A DNA stretch of 36,527 bases. It comes from Smithella sp. (GTDB lineage: Bacteria; Desulfobacterota; Syntrophia; Syntrophales; Smithellaceae). Within the stretch, counting starts at the first letter, position 1; every line of letters begins with the position of its first letter. Below the pieces are notes generated by a model. The model did no database searches and had not been told where the DNA came from. It was given only the letters and a program-made list of their open reading frames with translations. The position numbers were made by a program, and so were the translations under genes. The stretch spans positions 1 to 36,527 of the forward strand of contig JBEKJX010000001.1 in assembly GCA_050011015.1 (NCBI GenBank), written 5' to 3'. Shown here one piece after another: positions 8,480 to 19,400 of this stretch.

Positions 8480-9370
8480 ATGAAACATGATAGCAAATTA
8501 GCAGTTAAAACAAGCGGCAAAGAGTTTATTTTCACTGCCGAGTATTTGCCGCTTGCTGGTACCGAGTTAAAGATCGATCCTAAAATGTTCGGTAGCGGCG
8601 TGACAGCAGTAAACGTCGCTGATAATCACTTTGGTGTATCGATTTCCAGTCTGGCAGCTTCTTTTGCGTTGAGTCAGACTGGCATTGAACCGGTATTGCA
8701 AATTATAACGAGAGACCGCAATCGCATTGCGCTTCAATCCGATCTGCTGGGAGCCGCTTATCTTGGTGTTAAAAACGTTTTGTGTCTTTCAGGGTTTCAC
8801 CAAACTCTTATAGGCTGCAATGAATCAGCCAATGTTTTTGATGTTGATTCCATTCAACTCATTGATATAGTTAAAAAGATGAATAACGGCCAGTTACTGG
8901 ACGGTAAAAAAATCCAGGGGAATTTCTGTATGCTGATTGGTGCCGCCGCTAATCCGAATTTGAAGCCGATGGAACTGAATATTTTGAGATTAAGTAAAAA
9001 AATAGCCGCAGGCGCCGATTTTATTCAGACACAGTCCGTATTTGATGTCGATGCATTTAAAGTCTGGCTGGAAGCCGTTCTCAATGCAGGACTTGCCGAT
9101 AAGACTGCAATTCTCGCCGGTGTTCTGCCGCTCAAAAGCGCTGCCCAGGCTAAAGAATTAGCCGAGACTCATACCGACTTCGTTATTCCTGAAACGATCA
9201 TTGACCGGCTAACAGCTGCCGGTGGTCTTGAGGCTCAAGAAAAAGAGGGCGTTAAAATTGCTGCTGAAATAATAAAGAAACTCAAGGGCCTTCCTGGACT
9301 GAAAGGCGTCCATATTTTATCCGGTGGCAACGAGTCAACTATTAACGAATTATTAGCAGCCGTATCATAA
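8480..9370 (+). CDS. metF: Methylenetetrahydrofolate reductase-like flavoprotein (MetVF type, degenerate active site)
   Basis: FTAE, ADN, RDRNRIALQSDLLGA, VFDVDS, KKIAAGADFIQTQ and GVHI. The canonical GD motif reads GF. RBS AAGGAG. Confidence 0.85.
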   Translation: MKHDSKLAVKTSGKEFIFTAEYLPLAGTELKIDPKMFGSGVTAVNVADNHFGVSISSLAASFALSQTGIEPVLQIITRDRNRIALQSDLLGAAYLGVKNVLCLSGFHQTLIGCNESANVFDVDSIQLIDIVKKMNNGQLLDGKKIQGNFCMLIGAAANPNLKPMELNILRLSKKIAAGADFIQTQSVFDVDAFKVWLEAVLNAGLADKTAILAGVLPLKSAAQAKELAETHTDFVIPETIIDRLTAAGGLEAQEKEGVKIAAEIIKKLKGLPGLKGVHILSGGNESTINELLAAVS

Positions 9371-9388
9371 TAATTGAGACTGAATAAA

Positions 9389-10798
9389 ATGCCGAAGAAA
9401 TATCATATCGAAACAAAAAAAATTGCGCCGAGATTACCGAAAATAGGTAAGTTCGGGGTTGTTGACTGGCGTGAAGATTGCGCCCGGTGTCACAATTGTG
9501 TGAAAAAAGCCTGTGTGTACGACCGCTACCGGCAGGAAATGCAGTATATCAGAGATCTGGATGAATTTAATGCAATGTTCTTTGAATGTATGGGATGTTT
9601 CTCCTGCGTACAGAAATGCACGAAAGGCTTGCTTGCTTTAACCGTAAATCCCAAATACGAACACATGGGCAACGGTTATTTTACACCTGATATTATTCTG
9701 ACAACTTGGAATCAGGCGGAAACCGCCGGCATTCCCGTTTCGGGCGCCGGTTATCGAGGTAAGTTTACAGGCACCGGGTTTGATTCCATGTGGACGGATA
9801 TGTCTGAAATCGTTCGTCCGACCCGCGATGGTATTCATGGGCGGGAATATATCAGCACCGCTGTTGATATCGGAAGAAAACCCAAACATCTTTTATTTGA
9901 AGACAACAAATTGAAGACATCGTTATTACCGCTGGTAGATCTGCCGGTTCCGATTATCATTGATATGTTCCCTGATAAATATCATTTTCCCAACCTACAG
10001 CCGATGTTACTGGCTGTTGCTGTTAAAACCGGCACGATGGTTATCTTTAACTGGGAGCATCATCATCTGCTGGGAAAGTATGAAGAAAAACATTTATCGA
10101 ACATAATTTTCTATCTTGGCAAAGAGACGCCTATGCCAACGGTGGATATCCTTAAACAGTTGCGCCTTATTGAAATCGCCGATAGCGATAAAACCGAGCA
10201 GAGGATCAAAGAGATTAAGGCTGTCAATCCGGGACTGGTTGTGTCAGTCAGAGTTGAACTGGACGCACATGGCGAGGAGAGGTCTATCGCGCTGGCTCAT
10301 CATCCCATCGTTGAAGCTATACATATTGTGTCCGATATAAACGGCAATCAAACAGGAGTAGAAAAACCTAAATTTATAAAGGATATGACACGGAACATCC
10401 ACACGTCTCTTGTAAAAGAAGGCATCCGGGATGAAGTTACCCTGATCGCCAGTGGCGGCATTGCTCTGGCGGAACATATGGCAAAAGAAATTATTTGCGG
10501 TGCGGATGCCATCACGATTAATATGCCGCTCTTAATCGGTCTTGAATGCCGATTTTGTACAAATTGCCGTGATGGTTTTGTCTGTCCGGCGAAGATCGAG
10601 ACGATCACCACCCAATATGGGGTCGGACGTATGACGAATTTAATTGCCGTTTGGCATGACCAGTTGATTGAGGTGATGGGAGCCATGGGGATGCGGGAAG
10701 CCCGCCGTCTGCGTGGTGAAACCGGCCGTGCATTATTTTTTGAAGATCTCGAGGAGGATACTTTTGGAAGGCTTTTTGGCAAAAGAGTCGGGGCTTAA
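9389..10798 (+). CDS. Ferredoxin plus glutamate-synthase FMN-barrel-like protein (degenerate paralog)
   Basis: N-terminal CxxCxxC(x4)C and CxxCxxCxxxC clusters, GAGYRGKF-GTGFD, RDEVTLIASGGI, GADAI and a C-terminal CxxCxxC(x6)CP. Lacks GMSFG, GEGG and QGAKPG. Confidence 0.8.
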   Translation: MPKKYHIETKKIAPRLPKIGKFGVVDWREDCARCHNCVKKACVYDRYRQEMQYIRDLDEFNAMFFECMGCFSCVQKCTKGLLALTVNPKYEHMGNGYFTPDIILTTWNQAETAGIPVSGAGYRGKFTGTGFDSMWTDMSEIVRPTRDGIHGREYISTAVDIGRKPKHLLFEDNKLKTSLLPLVDLPVPIIIDMFPDKYHFPNLQPMLLAVAVKTGTMVIFNWEHHHLLGKYEEKHLSNIIFYLGKETPMPTVDILKQLRLIEIADSDKTEQRIKEIKAVNPGLVVSVRVELDAHGEERSIALAHHPIVEAIHIVSDINGNQTGVEKPKFIKDMTRNIHTSLVKEGIRDEVTLIASGGIALAEHMAKEIICGADAITINMPLLIGLECRFCTNCRDGFVCPAKIETITTQYGVGRMTNLIAVWHDQLIEVMGAMGMREARRLRGETGRALFFEDLEEDTFGRLFGKRVGA

Positions 10799-12344
10799 AG
10801 AAGTCCTGCCTGAAAATACAATTAAAACACTGGTGCCGGACGTTGAGGTGTCCCGTGAAGTCAAGCCGGCGCCCTCACGCTATCGCAATGAGATAGCCAA
10901 ATATATCATCCGCCGGAGCAGTGATTGTAAACTCTGTGGTAAATGTGCTCAGGTTTGTCCGCACGGCGTGCATGTATTGAAACCGGGATATAAATTATTT
11001 TCTGCCCCGCATTTGAACGTTTGTATAGGTCCTTCCTGCCAGAAGACGGATCATTATTGTATAGACCTGTGTCCAAATAAAGCGCTTCAAATGGTTGAAA
11101 ATCCCATGTTGAAGGCGATGGGTGACTATCGTTGGACGCCGGATATGCTCATAGCGACCTGGAAAATGGCGGAAACAGGGGAATCCCCGTCACCCGAATA
11201 CGGGTACGAATATGAAACCGGAGCTTCCGGAGGCGGGTTTGACCGGTTGCGATTCAAATTTCCTGAAAAACCACCCGTTGAATTACGAGACGATGAAATC
11301 GACACCAGTATTGTGCTCAACAGGCGGAACGATGGCCGGCCACAGGTGAAAATCGATGTTCCCTGGTATGGCGGAGGCATGTCTTTCGGTTCCGTCAGTA
11401 ACGTAGTGCAGCTTTCCAAGGCGCGCGCGGCCACCGCGTTTAATACCTTTACCTGTACCGGTGAAGGCGGTTACATGGAACGCATGAAGCCGTATGATGA
11501 TCACGTCATCACCCAAATCGCTACAGGTCTTTTCGGGGTTCGTGAAGAGACGATCCAACGTGTCCGTATTGTTGAATTTAAATATGCGCAAGGGGCCAAG
11601 CCCGGTCTGGGTGGCCATTTGTTAGCCGATAAAGTTACGCCGGCAGTCGCCAGGATGCGTGAAACCGTTCTGGGTATTTCACTTTTTTCACCCTTTCCGT
11701 TTCATAGCGTTTACTCCATTGAAGATCATCAGAAACACATGGACTGGATCAAGCACGTCAACCGGCGAACACTGATTGCCACCAAGGTCTCTACGCCTAA
11801 TGATGTGGATATGGTTGCTGTGGGCAGCTATTCCGCCGGTACCCATATCGTGCATCTGGATGGTGGCTACGGTGGAACCGGAGCAGCGCCAGACATTGCC
11901 AAGAAGAACATTGCCATGCCGATTGAGTATAGTATTGTCAAAGTCCATCGATTTCTGGAACAGGAGGGCATTCGTGATAAGGTTACGCTGATTGTTAGCG
12001 GTGGATTACGGACATCTCATGACATCGCCAAAGCGATCGCATTGGGGGCCGATGGTGTTGTTGTGGGCACTTCCGAACTGGTTGCGCTGGGTTGCATAAG
12101 ATGTTCACGTTGTGAGAGCGGTCGCGGTTGCCCGCGCGGTATTGCCACGACCGACGCAGAGCTTGCGAAAGATGTTGATCTTGAATGGGGCACGCAGCGG
12201 ATTCTCAATCTATATGCTGCTTGGCGAAAGGAACTTGTGGAAATATTGAAACGATTCGGACTGCGGAGTGTGAGTGAGTTACGGGGGCGCACGGATCTTT
12301 TAATGCACCTTGATTATACCAATGATGTGGAGATTCATAGATGA
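10764..12344 (+). CDS. gltB: Glutamate synthase FMN-binding (synthase) subunit with N-terminal ferredoxin (GltB2/GlxD/archaeal GltS type)
   Basis: GGGMSFGS, TGEGG, QIATGLFGV, EFKYAQGAKPGLGGHL, SPFPFHSVYSIED, DGGYGGTGAAP, SGGLR, AIALGADG and CxxCxxC(x5)CP-GIAT. TTG at 10764 follows GAGGAGG by 6 nt, but the start is uncertain. Confidence 0.9.
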   Translation: MEGFLAKESGLKEVLPENTIKTLVPDVEVSREVKPAPSRYRNEIAKYIIRRSSDCKLCGKCAQVCPHGVHVLKPGYKLFSAPHLNVCIGPSCQKTDHYCIDLCPNKALQMVENPMLKAMGDYRWTPDMLIATWKMAETGESPSPEYGYEYETGASGGGFDRLRFKFPEKPPVELRDDEIDTSIVLNRRNDGRPQVKIDVPWYGGGMSFGSVSNVVQLSKARAATAFNTFTCTGEGGYMERMKPYDDHVITQIATGLFGVREETIQRVRIVEFKYAQGAKPGLGGHLLADKVTPAVARMRETVLGISLFSPFPFHSVYSIEDHQKHMDWIKHVNRRTLIATKVSTPNDVDMVAVGSYSAGTHIVHLDGGYGGTGAAPDIAKKNIAMPIEYSIVKVHRFLEQEGIRDKVTLIVSGGLRTSHDIAKAIALGADGVVVGTSELVALGCIRCSRCESGRGCPRGIATTDAELAKDVDLEWGTQRILNLYAAWRKELVEILKRFGLRSVSELRGRTDLLMHLDYTNDVEIHR

Positions 12345-14956
12345 ATAACGGGATGATCGAAAAACTTTTAGATTCCCGACAAAGACTGATTGAGGAATTG
12401 CACATTCCTTACCCTACTTACAAAGGGGAGGAAGAAGGTGGTTGCGGTGTCGTTGGCTTTTGTGCCACTGTGCCGGTCGCTGCCCGTCATATTCATGAGC
12501 CGTCCAAACAGATGCATAACCGTGGTAACGGTAAAGGCGGCGGAATTGCGGCGTTAGGTTTTATACCGGAGCAGCTTGGCGTCACCCGGGATGTTCTGGA
12601 TAATTATTATATGGTGCATATCGCGTTCTTGGATAATAACATCAGGCAGGAGCTTGAAAGTAAATACATCACCCCTTATTTCGAAATTAAGACTTCCTGC
12701 CAGATGGATACCGTTGCCGACTGGACGACGATTCCTTCATTGGAAGCCAAGCCTCCGGATGTCATGCGTTATTTTGTTCGCGTGAAGCCGGAAGCGCTGG
12801 ACGCCTTCATTACAAAAAATGAATTAAGTGGAATGAAACGTGAAGAGGCAGAAGGCGAATTCTTAAGCCAGCAAAGCGTTACGCTGAATCAGGAGTATTA
12901 CGCTTCACTCGGTGATAAAAAGGCCTTCGTGATGTCTTATGGAAAGAATATCATGATTTTGAAGGTCGTCGGATATGCGGAGTCTATTACAGATTATTAT
13001 AAGATCGACGACTTAAAAGCGCATGTCTGGATTGCCCATCAGCGGTTTCCAACCAAAGGTCGGGTCTGGCATCCAGGTGGCGCTCACCCCTTCGGAGCGA
13101 TAAATACAGCTCTGGTTCATAACGGAGACTTTGCCAACTACAGTTCCGTCAGCGAATATCTTGCACAGCGTCATATTTATCCGCAATTCCTGACCGATAC
13201 AGAGGTATCTGTTCAGATATTTGATTTGCTGGACAGGACTTATCACTATCCACTGGAGTATATTATCGAGGCTCTGGCACCCACGACCGAATTGGATTTC
13301 GACAGGCTCTCCAAAGAGAAACAGTCCATCTACCGTGCAATTCAGGCAACTCATATTCATTCTTCCCCTGACGGTCCCTGGTTCTTTATAATTGCCCACA
13401 CCCTGGGGACAGCCGACAAATTTCAACTCATGGGCATTACCGATACATCCATGCTCCGTCCGCAGGTCTTCGCTTTTGCCGACGGTGAAGTGCAGGTCGG
13501 CTTGATTTGTTCTGAAAAACAGGCCATCGACGCAACTTTGCTCAGCATGTCAAAAGATGACAGCCGCATCTGCCCGGTCGCCGACAAATACTGGAATGCC
13601 CGGGGCGGCAGTTCGACGGATGGCGGGTCGTTCATTTTTACTCTTGAAAAAGACCAGGCCGGCAAATACAGGATGAATTGTACCGACAAATTCGGTGTTC
13701 CTGTACAATTACCATCCGGATCAGAGATCGGAAATTTATCTGAAGAAATAAAACGATCCGGTACTCACACCGATAAGATTGAGAAAGGTATTCGCGAACA
13801 CTTCGATGCCGGCAGCCAGATGGTCTTCCGTTATTTTACTGAAAACATTGCCGACTGGTCCGTTGCCGATGTCGGTTTTGCCTGCGAAACCGTTATTGCC
13901 TTGGTTAAGGATTCCAATCGTTTTGCTGAGGCGATTGAAATATTAACGCTTCTTAACGACCGGCGATACGGCACCGGTACGAAGAAACGTAAGCACATCC
14001 TGCAAATTGTTCGCACGGCTTTGCGGCGATTATTTGCCCTTATTCCGTTGATCGGGGAAACATCAGCCAGTGAGTTCCGGCAGATCAATTATCAAACCAA
14101 AAAACTTTTAAGAGAACCGCATATCGGTGAGACAACCCTGGTGATTGATACGCTTGGCTTTCCGCCCGAAGGAAACGAATCGAATGCCTCGCTTTTAGTA
14201 GACGGTTACATGAAGGGTTGGAAACATTTCATCGTTTATAACTGTGCCGGACAGCGTTTTACCGGTTGCGGCCTGGGGCCACACACTGAGGGCGTTACAA
14301 TCGATGTTTACGATAGTGACGGCGATTATCTCGCTTCCGGCATCGACGGTTTAACCATTACCGTTCATGGCAATGCCCAGGACCAATTAGGTCAGATCAT
14401 CAAAGAAGGTAAGCTGGTGATTCACGGTGATACCGGACAAACATTCTTATACGGTGCAAAAGGGGGTTCCATTTTTATTCTGGGTAATGCTGCCGGCCGG
14501 CCTCTGATTAATTCCGTGGGTAAGCCAAGGGTTGTGATTAATGGCACCTGCCTGGATTTCCTTGCTGAATCTTTCATGGCGGGCGATGTCTTTACGGGCG
14601 GCGGTTTTGTTATTTTGAACGGTATAACATTTGATGATCAAGGCAACATCGTTACTCTGAAAGAACCCTATCCCGGAGGCAACCTGTTCTCGCTTGCTTC
14701 CGGCGGCGCTATATACGTACGCGATCCTCATAAGTATCTTATCCGGGAGCAGTTGAACGGCGGTAATTTCTTCAAGATGACGGATCAGGACTGGGAGACG
14801 ATTTTGCCCTATCTTCAGGAGAACGAGCGTTTGTTCGGGATTAGAGTAGATGACCTGCTGACGGTTGACGGCAAACATAAGCGGCCCGGTCAAGTCTATC
14901 GAAAAGTTGCTCCGGACAAACTGTCGGCCAACATCCAAATCGAGTCAGACGAATAG
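12341..14956 (+). CDS. gltB: Glutamate synthase glutamine-amidotransferase (Ntn) domain fused to GXGXG beta-helix domain (GltB1+GltB3)
   Basis: Propeptide then Cys35 (GCGVVG), HNRG, AHQRFPT, AHPF, VHNGD, TDTE, DGPW and LRP. C-terminal GQRFTGCG, HGNAQD, HGDTG, GNAAGR and GGAIYVR repeats. ATGA-type overlap with the upstream gene. Confidence 0.9.
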   Translation: MNNGMIEKLLDSRQRLIEELHIPYPTYKGEEEGGCGVVGFCATVPVAARHIHEPSKQMHNRGNGKGGGIAALGFIPEQLGVTRDVLDNYYMVHIAFLDNNIRQELESKYITPYFEIKTSCQMDTVADWTTIPSLEAKPPDVMRYFVRVKPEALDAFITKNELSGMKREEAEGEFLSQQSVTLNQEYYASLGDKKAFVMSYGKNIMILKVVGYAESITDYYKIDDLKAHVWIAHQRFPTKGRVWHPGGAHPFGAINTALVHNGDFANYSSVSEYLAQRHIYPQFLTDTEVSVQIFDLLDRTYHYPLEYIIEALAPTTELDFDRLSKEKQSIYRAIQATHIHSSPDGPWFFIIAHTLGTADKFQLMGITDTSMLRPQVFAFADGEVQVGLICSEKQAIDATLLSMSKDDSRICPVADKYWNARGGSSTDGGSFIFTLEKDQAGKYRMNCTDKFGVPVQLPSGSEIGNLSEEIKRSGTHTDKIEKGIREHFDAGSQMVFRYFTENIADWSVADVGFACETVIALVKDSNRFAEAIEILTLLNDRRYGTGTKKRKHILQIVRTALRRLFALIPLIGETSASEFRQINYQTKKLLREPHIGETTLVIDTLGFPPEGNESNASLLVDGYMKGWKHFIVYNCAGQRFTGCGLGPHTEGVTIDVYDSDGDYLASGIDGLTITVHGNAQDQLGQIIKEGKLVIHGDTGQTFLYGAKGGSIFILGNAAGRPLINSVGKPRVVINGTCLDFLAESFMAGDVFTGGGFVILNGITFDDQGNIVTLKEPYPGGNLFSLASGGAIYVRDPHKYLIREQLNGGNFFKMTDQDWETILPYLQENERLFGIRVDDLLTVDGKHKRPGQVYRKVAPDKLSANIQIESDE

Positions 14957-14986
14957 GTGTTTTATTCCAATGAGAGAGTATCGAAA

Positions 14987-15556
14987 ATGACAACAAGAAT
15001 TACAAAAAGGAAAGCCACTGGAGATCTTTTTAAAGCCGTCCAGGAAAAAGCAGATGTTAATTTAAGTGTCTGCTACCAGTGTAAGAAATGTTCTATCGGC
15101 TGTCCTGTAGCCGACCAGACCGAATCGCCGCCTTCTGAGATTATCCGAAGACTGCAACTTGGCGCCGGTGACGAATTGTTACAAACGGACCTCATTTGGA
15201 CATGTCTATGCTGTGAAACATGTTATGCCAGGTGTCCTAATCAGATAAACTTTCCCGCTGTGATTGATGCCTTAAAGTTCATCGCTTTGGAAAAAGGGGT
15301 TGCCAGACCGGAGGGTAATGCGCCTTTATTTAACCATTTATTTTTGAACACGGTAAAGTCTTACGGACGCGTTTACGACCTGCAGGCTATTGCCATGTAT
15401 AAACTGAGAACCGGCAACTTAAAACAGGATACGGATAAATTCCCTTCGATGCTTAAAAAAGGCAAAATAGCAATTCTACCGCCGTCGGGTGGCGACAAAG
15501 CTAAAGTGAAGCGTATCTTCAAAAAGACAGAGCAAAACAGAGGAACAGGAAAATGA
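14987..15556 (+). CDS. hdrC: Heterodisulfide reductase subunit C-like 2x[4Fe-4S] protein
   Basis: CYQCKKCSIGCP and IWTCLCCETCYARCP. Lies directly before hdrB. Confidence 0.9.
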   Translation: MTTRITKRKATGDLFKAVQEKADVNLSVCYQCKKCSIGCPVADQTESPPSEIIRRLQLGAGDELLQTDLIWTCLCCETCYARCPNQINFPAVIDALKFIALEKGVARPEGNAPLFNHLFLNTVKSYGRVYDLQAIAMYKLRTGNLKQDTDKFPSMLKKGKIAILPPSGGDKAKVKRIFKKTEQNRGTGK

Positions 15557-16428
15557 AATACGCATATTATCCAGGGTGCTCAGCTCATTCAACTGCTCGC
15601 GACATGCATGAATCATGTCTGGCTGTAGCGAAAGCACTTGATATTGAACTGAATGAAATCAAGGGCTGGACATGCTGCGGTGCCAGTGCCGCTCACCAGA
15701 CCGACCGGAATTTGGCTGTCTCCTTGGCCTCTGCCAACCTCCTCTTGGCTCAAAAAATGGGCATGGACATGGTGGTTAATTGCGCCGCCTGTTATAACCG
15801 CTCAAAGGTTGCCAACTATGAAATTAAAAATTCCGAAGAGATAAGACAATCCGTTGCTGACAGTCTCGGTGAAATTTATGATGGATTGGTTCCGGTACGG
15901 CACTTTGTTGAGATACTTTTAAAAGACGTTGGACCGGCTAAATTGCGAAAGAAAATTATAAATCCGCTGAAGAATCTTAAAGTGGCTGCCTATTACGGTT
16001 GTTATCTGGTCCGTCCGCCGGAAGCAACCAACTTTGACGATCCGGAGAATCCTACAATTCTTGAAAGCCTGATCGATGTAACAGGCGGTACGAATGTGGA
16101 GTGGTCGGGTAAAGTGGATTGCTGCGGCGGTATGCAAAATCTTACACGGACAGAAATCACTGTTCGGCGGTCGGCGGCAGTCATAGAGATGGCACAGGCT
16201 GCAGGTGCCGAGTGCATCGTCGTTGCCTGTCCGATGTGTCAAATCAGCCTTGATGTCAGACAGGCTGACATGGAAAAGATTCTCGGCAAGAAATATGATA
16301 TGCCGGTTATTTATCTTACACAGTTACTCGGTCTTGCTCTTGGTATTTCGCCTAAAGAGCTCGGGTTGAATAAGCTCATGGTAAGTCCGGCAGCCATATT
16401 AAATAAAGTAAAAGCAGGAATCTCGTAA
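15553..16428 (+). CDS. hdrB: Heterodisulfide reductase subunit B-like protein (two CCG domains)
   Basis: YYPGC...WTCCGA...CAAC and YYGC...DCCGG...ACPMC, plus PVIYLTQLLGLALG. Confidence 0.93.
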   Translation: MKYAYYPGCSAHSTARDMHESCLAVAKALDIELNEIKGWTCCGASAAHQTDRNLAVSLASANLLLAQKMGMDMVVNCAACYNRSKVANYEIKNSEEIRQSVADSLGEIYDGLVPVRHFVEILLKDVGPAKLRKKIINPLKNLKVAAYYGCYLVRPPEATNFDDPENPTILESLIDVTGGTNVEWSGKVDCCGGMQNLTRTEITVRRSAAVIEMAQAAGAECIVVACPMCQISLDVRQADMEKILGKKYDMPVIYLTQLLGLALGISPKELGLNKLMVSPAAILNKVKAGIS

Positions 16429-16476
16429 AAACGGCTTATTGATGATAGACGATTAAAGACTACTTAAGGTTACGAT

Positions 16477-19400
16477 ATGCATAAAAGTGAAAAAAAATTA
16501 ACAGGTGCGGTTCTGGTTCAGGGCGGTGGTATCGCCGGCATCCAGGCAGCCCTCGACCTCGCTGATTCAGGGTTTAAAGTCTATCTTGTCGAGCGTGACG
16601 CGGCCATCGGCGGCATGATGGCTCAACTTGACAAGACCTTCCCGACCGGCGATTGCGCTACCTGTATTGTATCCCCCAAACTGGTCGAATGTGCTCGCAA
16701 TATCAATATAGAGATCCTCACCCTTTCTGAACTCGTTGGTTTGGAGGGGGAACCGGGTAATTTTAAGGCTAAAATCAAGGTTTCTCCAAGATATGTCGAT
16801 GAAGCGAAATGCAATGCCTGCGGTCAGTGTACGGATGCCTGTCCGGTCAATGTGCCCAATCCATTTGACTGTGAAATGGGTACCCGAAAAGCAATCGCCA
16901 AGCTCTATGCTCAAGCAACGCCTAACAAATTTGGTATTCTAAAGCTTGGCCATTCTCCCTGCAAAGTGGAATGTCCGGCGAACATTAATATCCAGGGCTA
17001 CATTCAATTAATCAGGAAGAAGGAATATCTCAAGGCCGTTAATCTCATCCGGGAGCGAAATCCGCTCTCCGCCATTTGCGGACGGGTTTGCACTCACCCT
17101 TGCGAATTAAAATGCACACGCAATAATATTGATTCATCCGTTTCCATCAGATTATTAAAGCGTTTCGCTTCGGACCAGGAAATGAGCATGGTCAAGTCCG
17201 GTGAACTGGCTCTTCCGGAAGAGAAGATTTCATCCTCGGGCGCCAAAAAAGTTGCCGTCGTGGGCGCCGGACCTGCTGGTCTTACCGCAGCCGCTGACCT
17301 GGCGGACAGGGGCTATGCAGTGACCGTTTATGAATCGACGTCAGCAGCGGGCGGCATGCTGCGATGGGGAATTCCCGCTTACCGTCTTCCGAAAGATGTA
17401 TTGGATTACGAAATTGAGCTTATTCGCCGCAAAGGCATAAAATTTGTTTATAACACCCGTATCGGTATCGATATTTCCATGGATAAACTGCGTCAGGAAA
17501 ATGCGGCCGTCTTTATCAGTATTGGTACCCAGAGCAGCCGGACGCTGGGAGTTGAGGGTGAAGACAAAACAGGGATCACCTATGGTCTGGAGTTCCTGCG
17601 TCAGGCCGGAGACAAGGAGAACCGTCCCAAACTAAACGGCAAAGTCGTGGTGATCGGCGGCGGCAACGTTGCTGTTGATGTAGCCCGCTCTGCTTTACGT
17701 CTTGGCGCCGATTCCGTCGAGATGGTGAGTTTGGAACAGCGCTACGAGATGCCGGCTTTGCCCGAAGAGGTTACCGCCGCGCTTGAAGAGAATATAAAAA
17801 TTAACAACGGCTGGGGTCCGAAGCGCATTCTCGGAAACGATAAAGTCAATGCCATCGAACTGAAACGCTGTACCAGAGTCTTTGATGAAACAGGGAGATT
17901 CAGCCCCACTTACAATGATAATGAGACAACGACATTAAACGCCGATCAAATCATCGTTGCCATCGGTCAGGCGATCGATAAAGTTTCGCTCAGTAACATG
18001 GGAGCGGCAACAGAACGTAATTTTTACAAGGTCGATAAGGTCACGCTGGAAACATCCGTAAAAGGCGTATTTGCCGGTGGTGACAATGTTCCGGGCAGCG
18101 CTTCTGTTATCGGTGCTGTTGGCGCGGGCAAGCGGGCGGCGGAATCGATCGATCGTTATCTCAAAGGCGAGGACATGCTGTCCGCCAGATTTGAGTCTAC
18201 AATCAAACCAATTGCTCCGGAATTTCTGCCTGAAACCAAGGGCATGGAAAAGAAACCGTCTGCCGAGCAGGCAATCCTGCCCGTTGCTCAACGTGCCAAT
18301 AATTTTAACGAGGTTGAAGAAGGTCTTACGGAAGAAGCTGCCCTGGCAGAAGCCGAGCGTTGTCTCAATTGTGCCCTGTGTTCCGAGTGTCAGCAATGCG
18401 TTGCTGCCTGCGAACAGCATGCTGTTGACCATTCGATGACGGAAAAGATCATCGAGCTTAATGTAGGCTCTGTTATCCTGACACCCGGTTTTGAAGAATT
18501 TGATGCTGCGAAAAAAGGCGAATACGGCTATGACCGGTATCCTAATGTGATCACCAGTGTGCAGTTCGAGCGCATGCTCTCCGCTTCCGGACCGTTCGAT
18601 GGCCATGTTATCCGGCGATCCGACGGTCAACCTGCCAAACGTGTCGCCTGGATACAGTGCGTTGGCTCACGGGATACTCGTTGCGGCAATGAGTATTGCT
18701 CTTCAGTTTGCTGCATGGTTTCCACCAAACAATCGATGATCGCCGCCGACCACTTGCCCGGACTGGAAGCAACCATCTTTTACATGGACATCCGGGCTCA
18801 TGGTAAAGATTTTGATCAGTATTACGAGCGGGCAAAAAAACAGGGTGTAAATTACATCAAGTGTATACCGTCCCGCATCATCCAGATGCCCGGGACGAAA
18901 GACCTGCGGGCGTCATTCTATAACGAAGCCAATCAATTGCAGGAAAAGGACTTCGACCTGGTTATTTTATCTGTCGGCATGGAACCAGGCTTATCCGCCG
19001 TGGATACGGCCAAACGTTTGGCTATCGAGCTGAATGAATACGGTTTCTGTTCCACCGATCGATTTGCGCCGTTGAATACCTCCCGGCCGGGAGTGTTTGT
19101 CGGCGGGGCTTTCCAGGAACCGAAGGATATCCCGGAAACAGTTACCCAGGCCAGCGCCGCGGCTTCAATGGCTATGGAATTGTTATCATCCGCCCGCAAC
19201 ACCCTGATTACCAAAGCAGTCTACCCGGATGAGCACGATGTCACCGACGAGCAGCCCCGGATAGGCGTTTTCATCTGCCACTGCGGTCGCAACATTGCTT
19301 CCGTGATTGATGTGGAAAAAGTGGTTCACGCCGTGGCTCAGGATCCGAATGTCATCTTTGCCACCCATACGTTATTCACCTGTTCAGACACCAGTCTGGT

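Noticed and set aside
10713-10835. Programmed frameshift fusing the two gltB2 paralogs, or a CTG start at 10806
   Set aside because: An in-frame TTG at 10764 with GAGGAGG 6 nt upstream explains independent initiation with a short overlap.
17935-18630. 231-aa antisense ORF and the many other antisense or nested ORFs in the track
   Set aside because: They lie wholly within well-supported genes, lack motifs, and are typical shadow ORFs.
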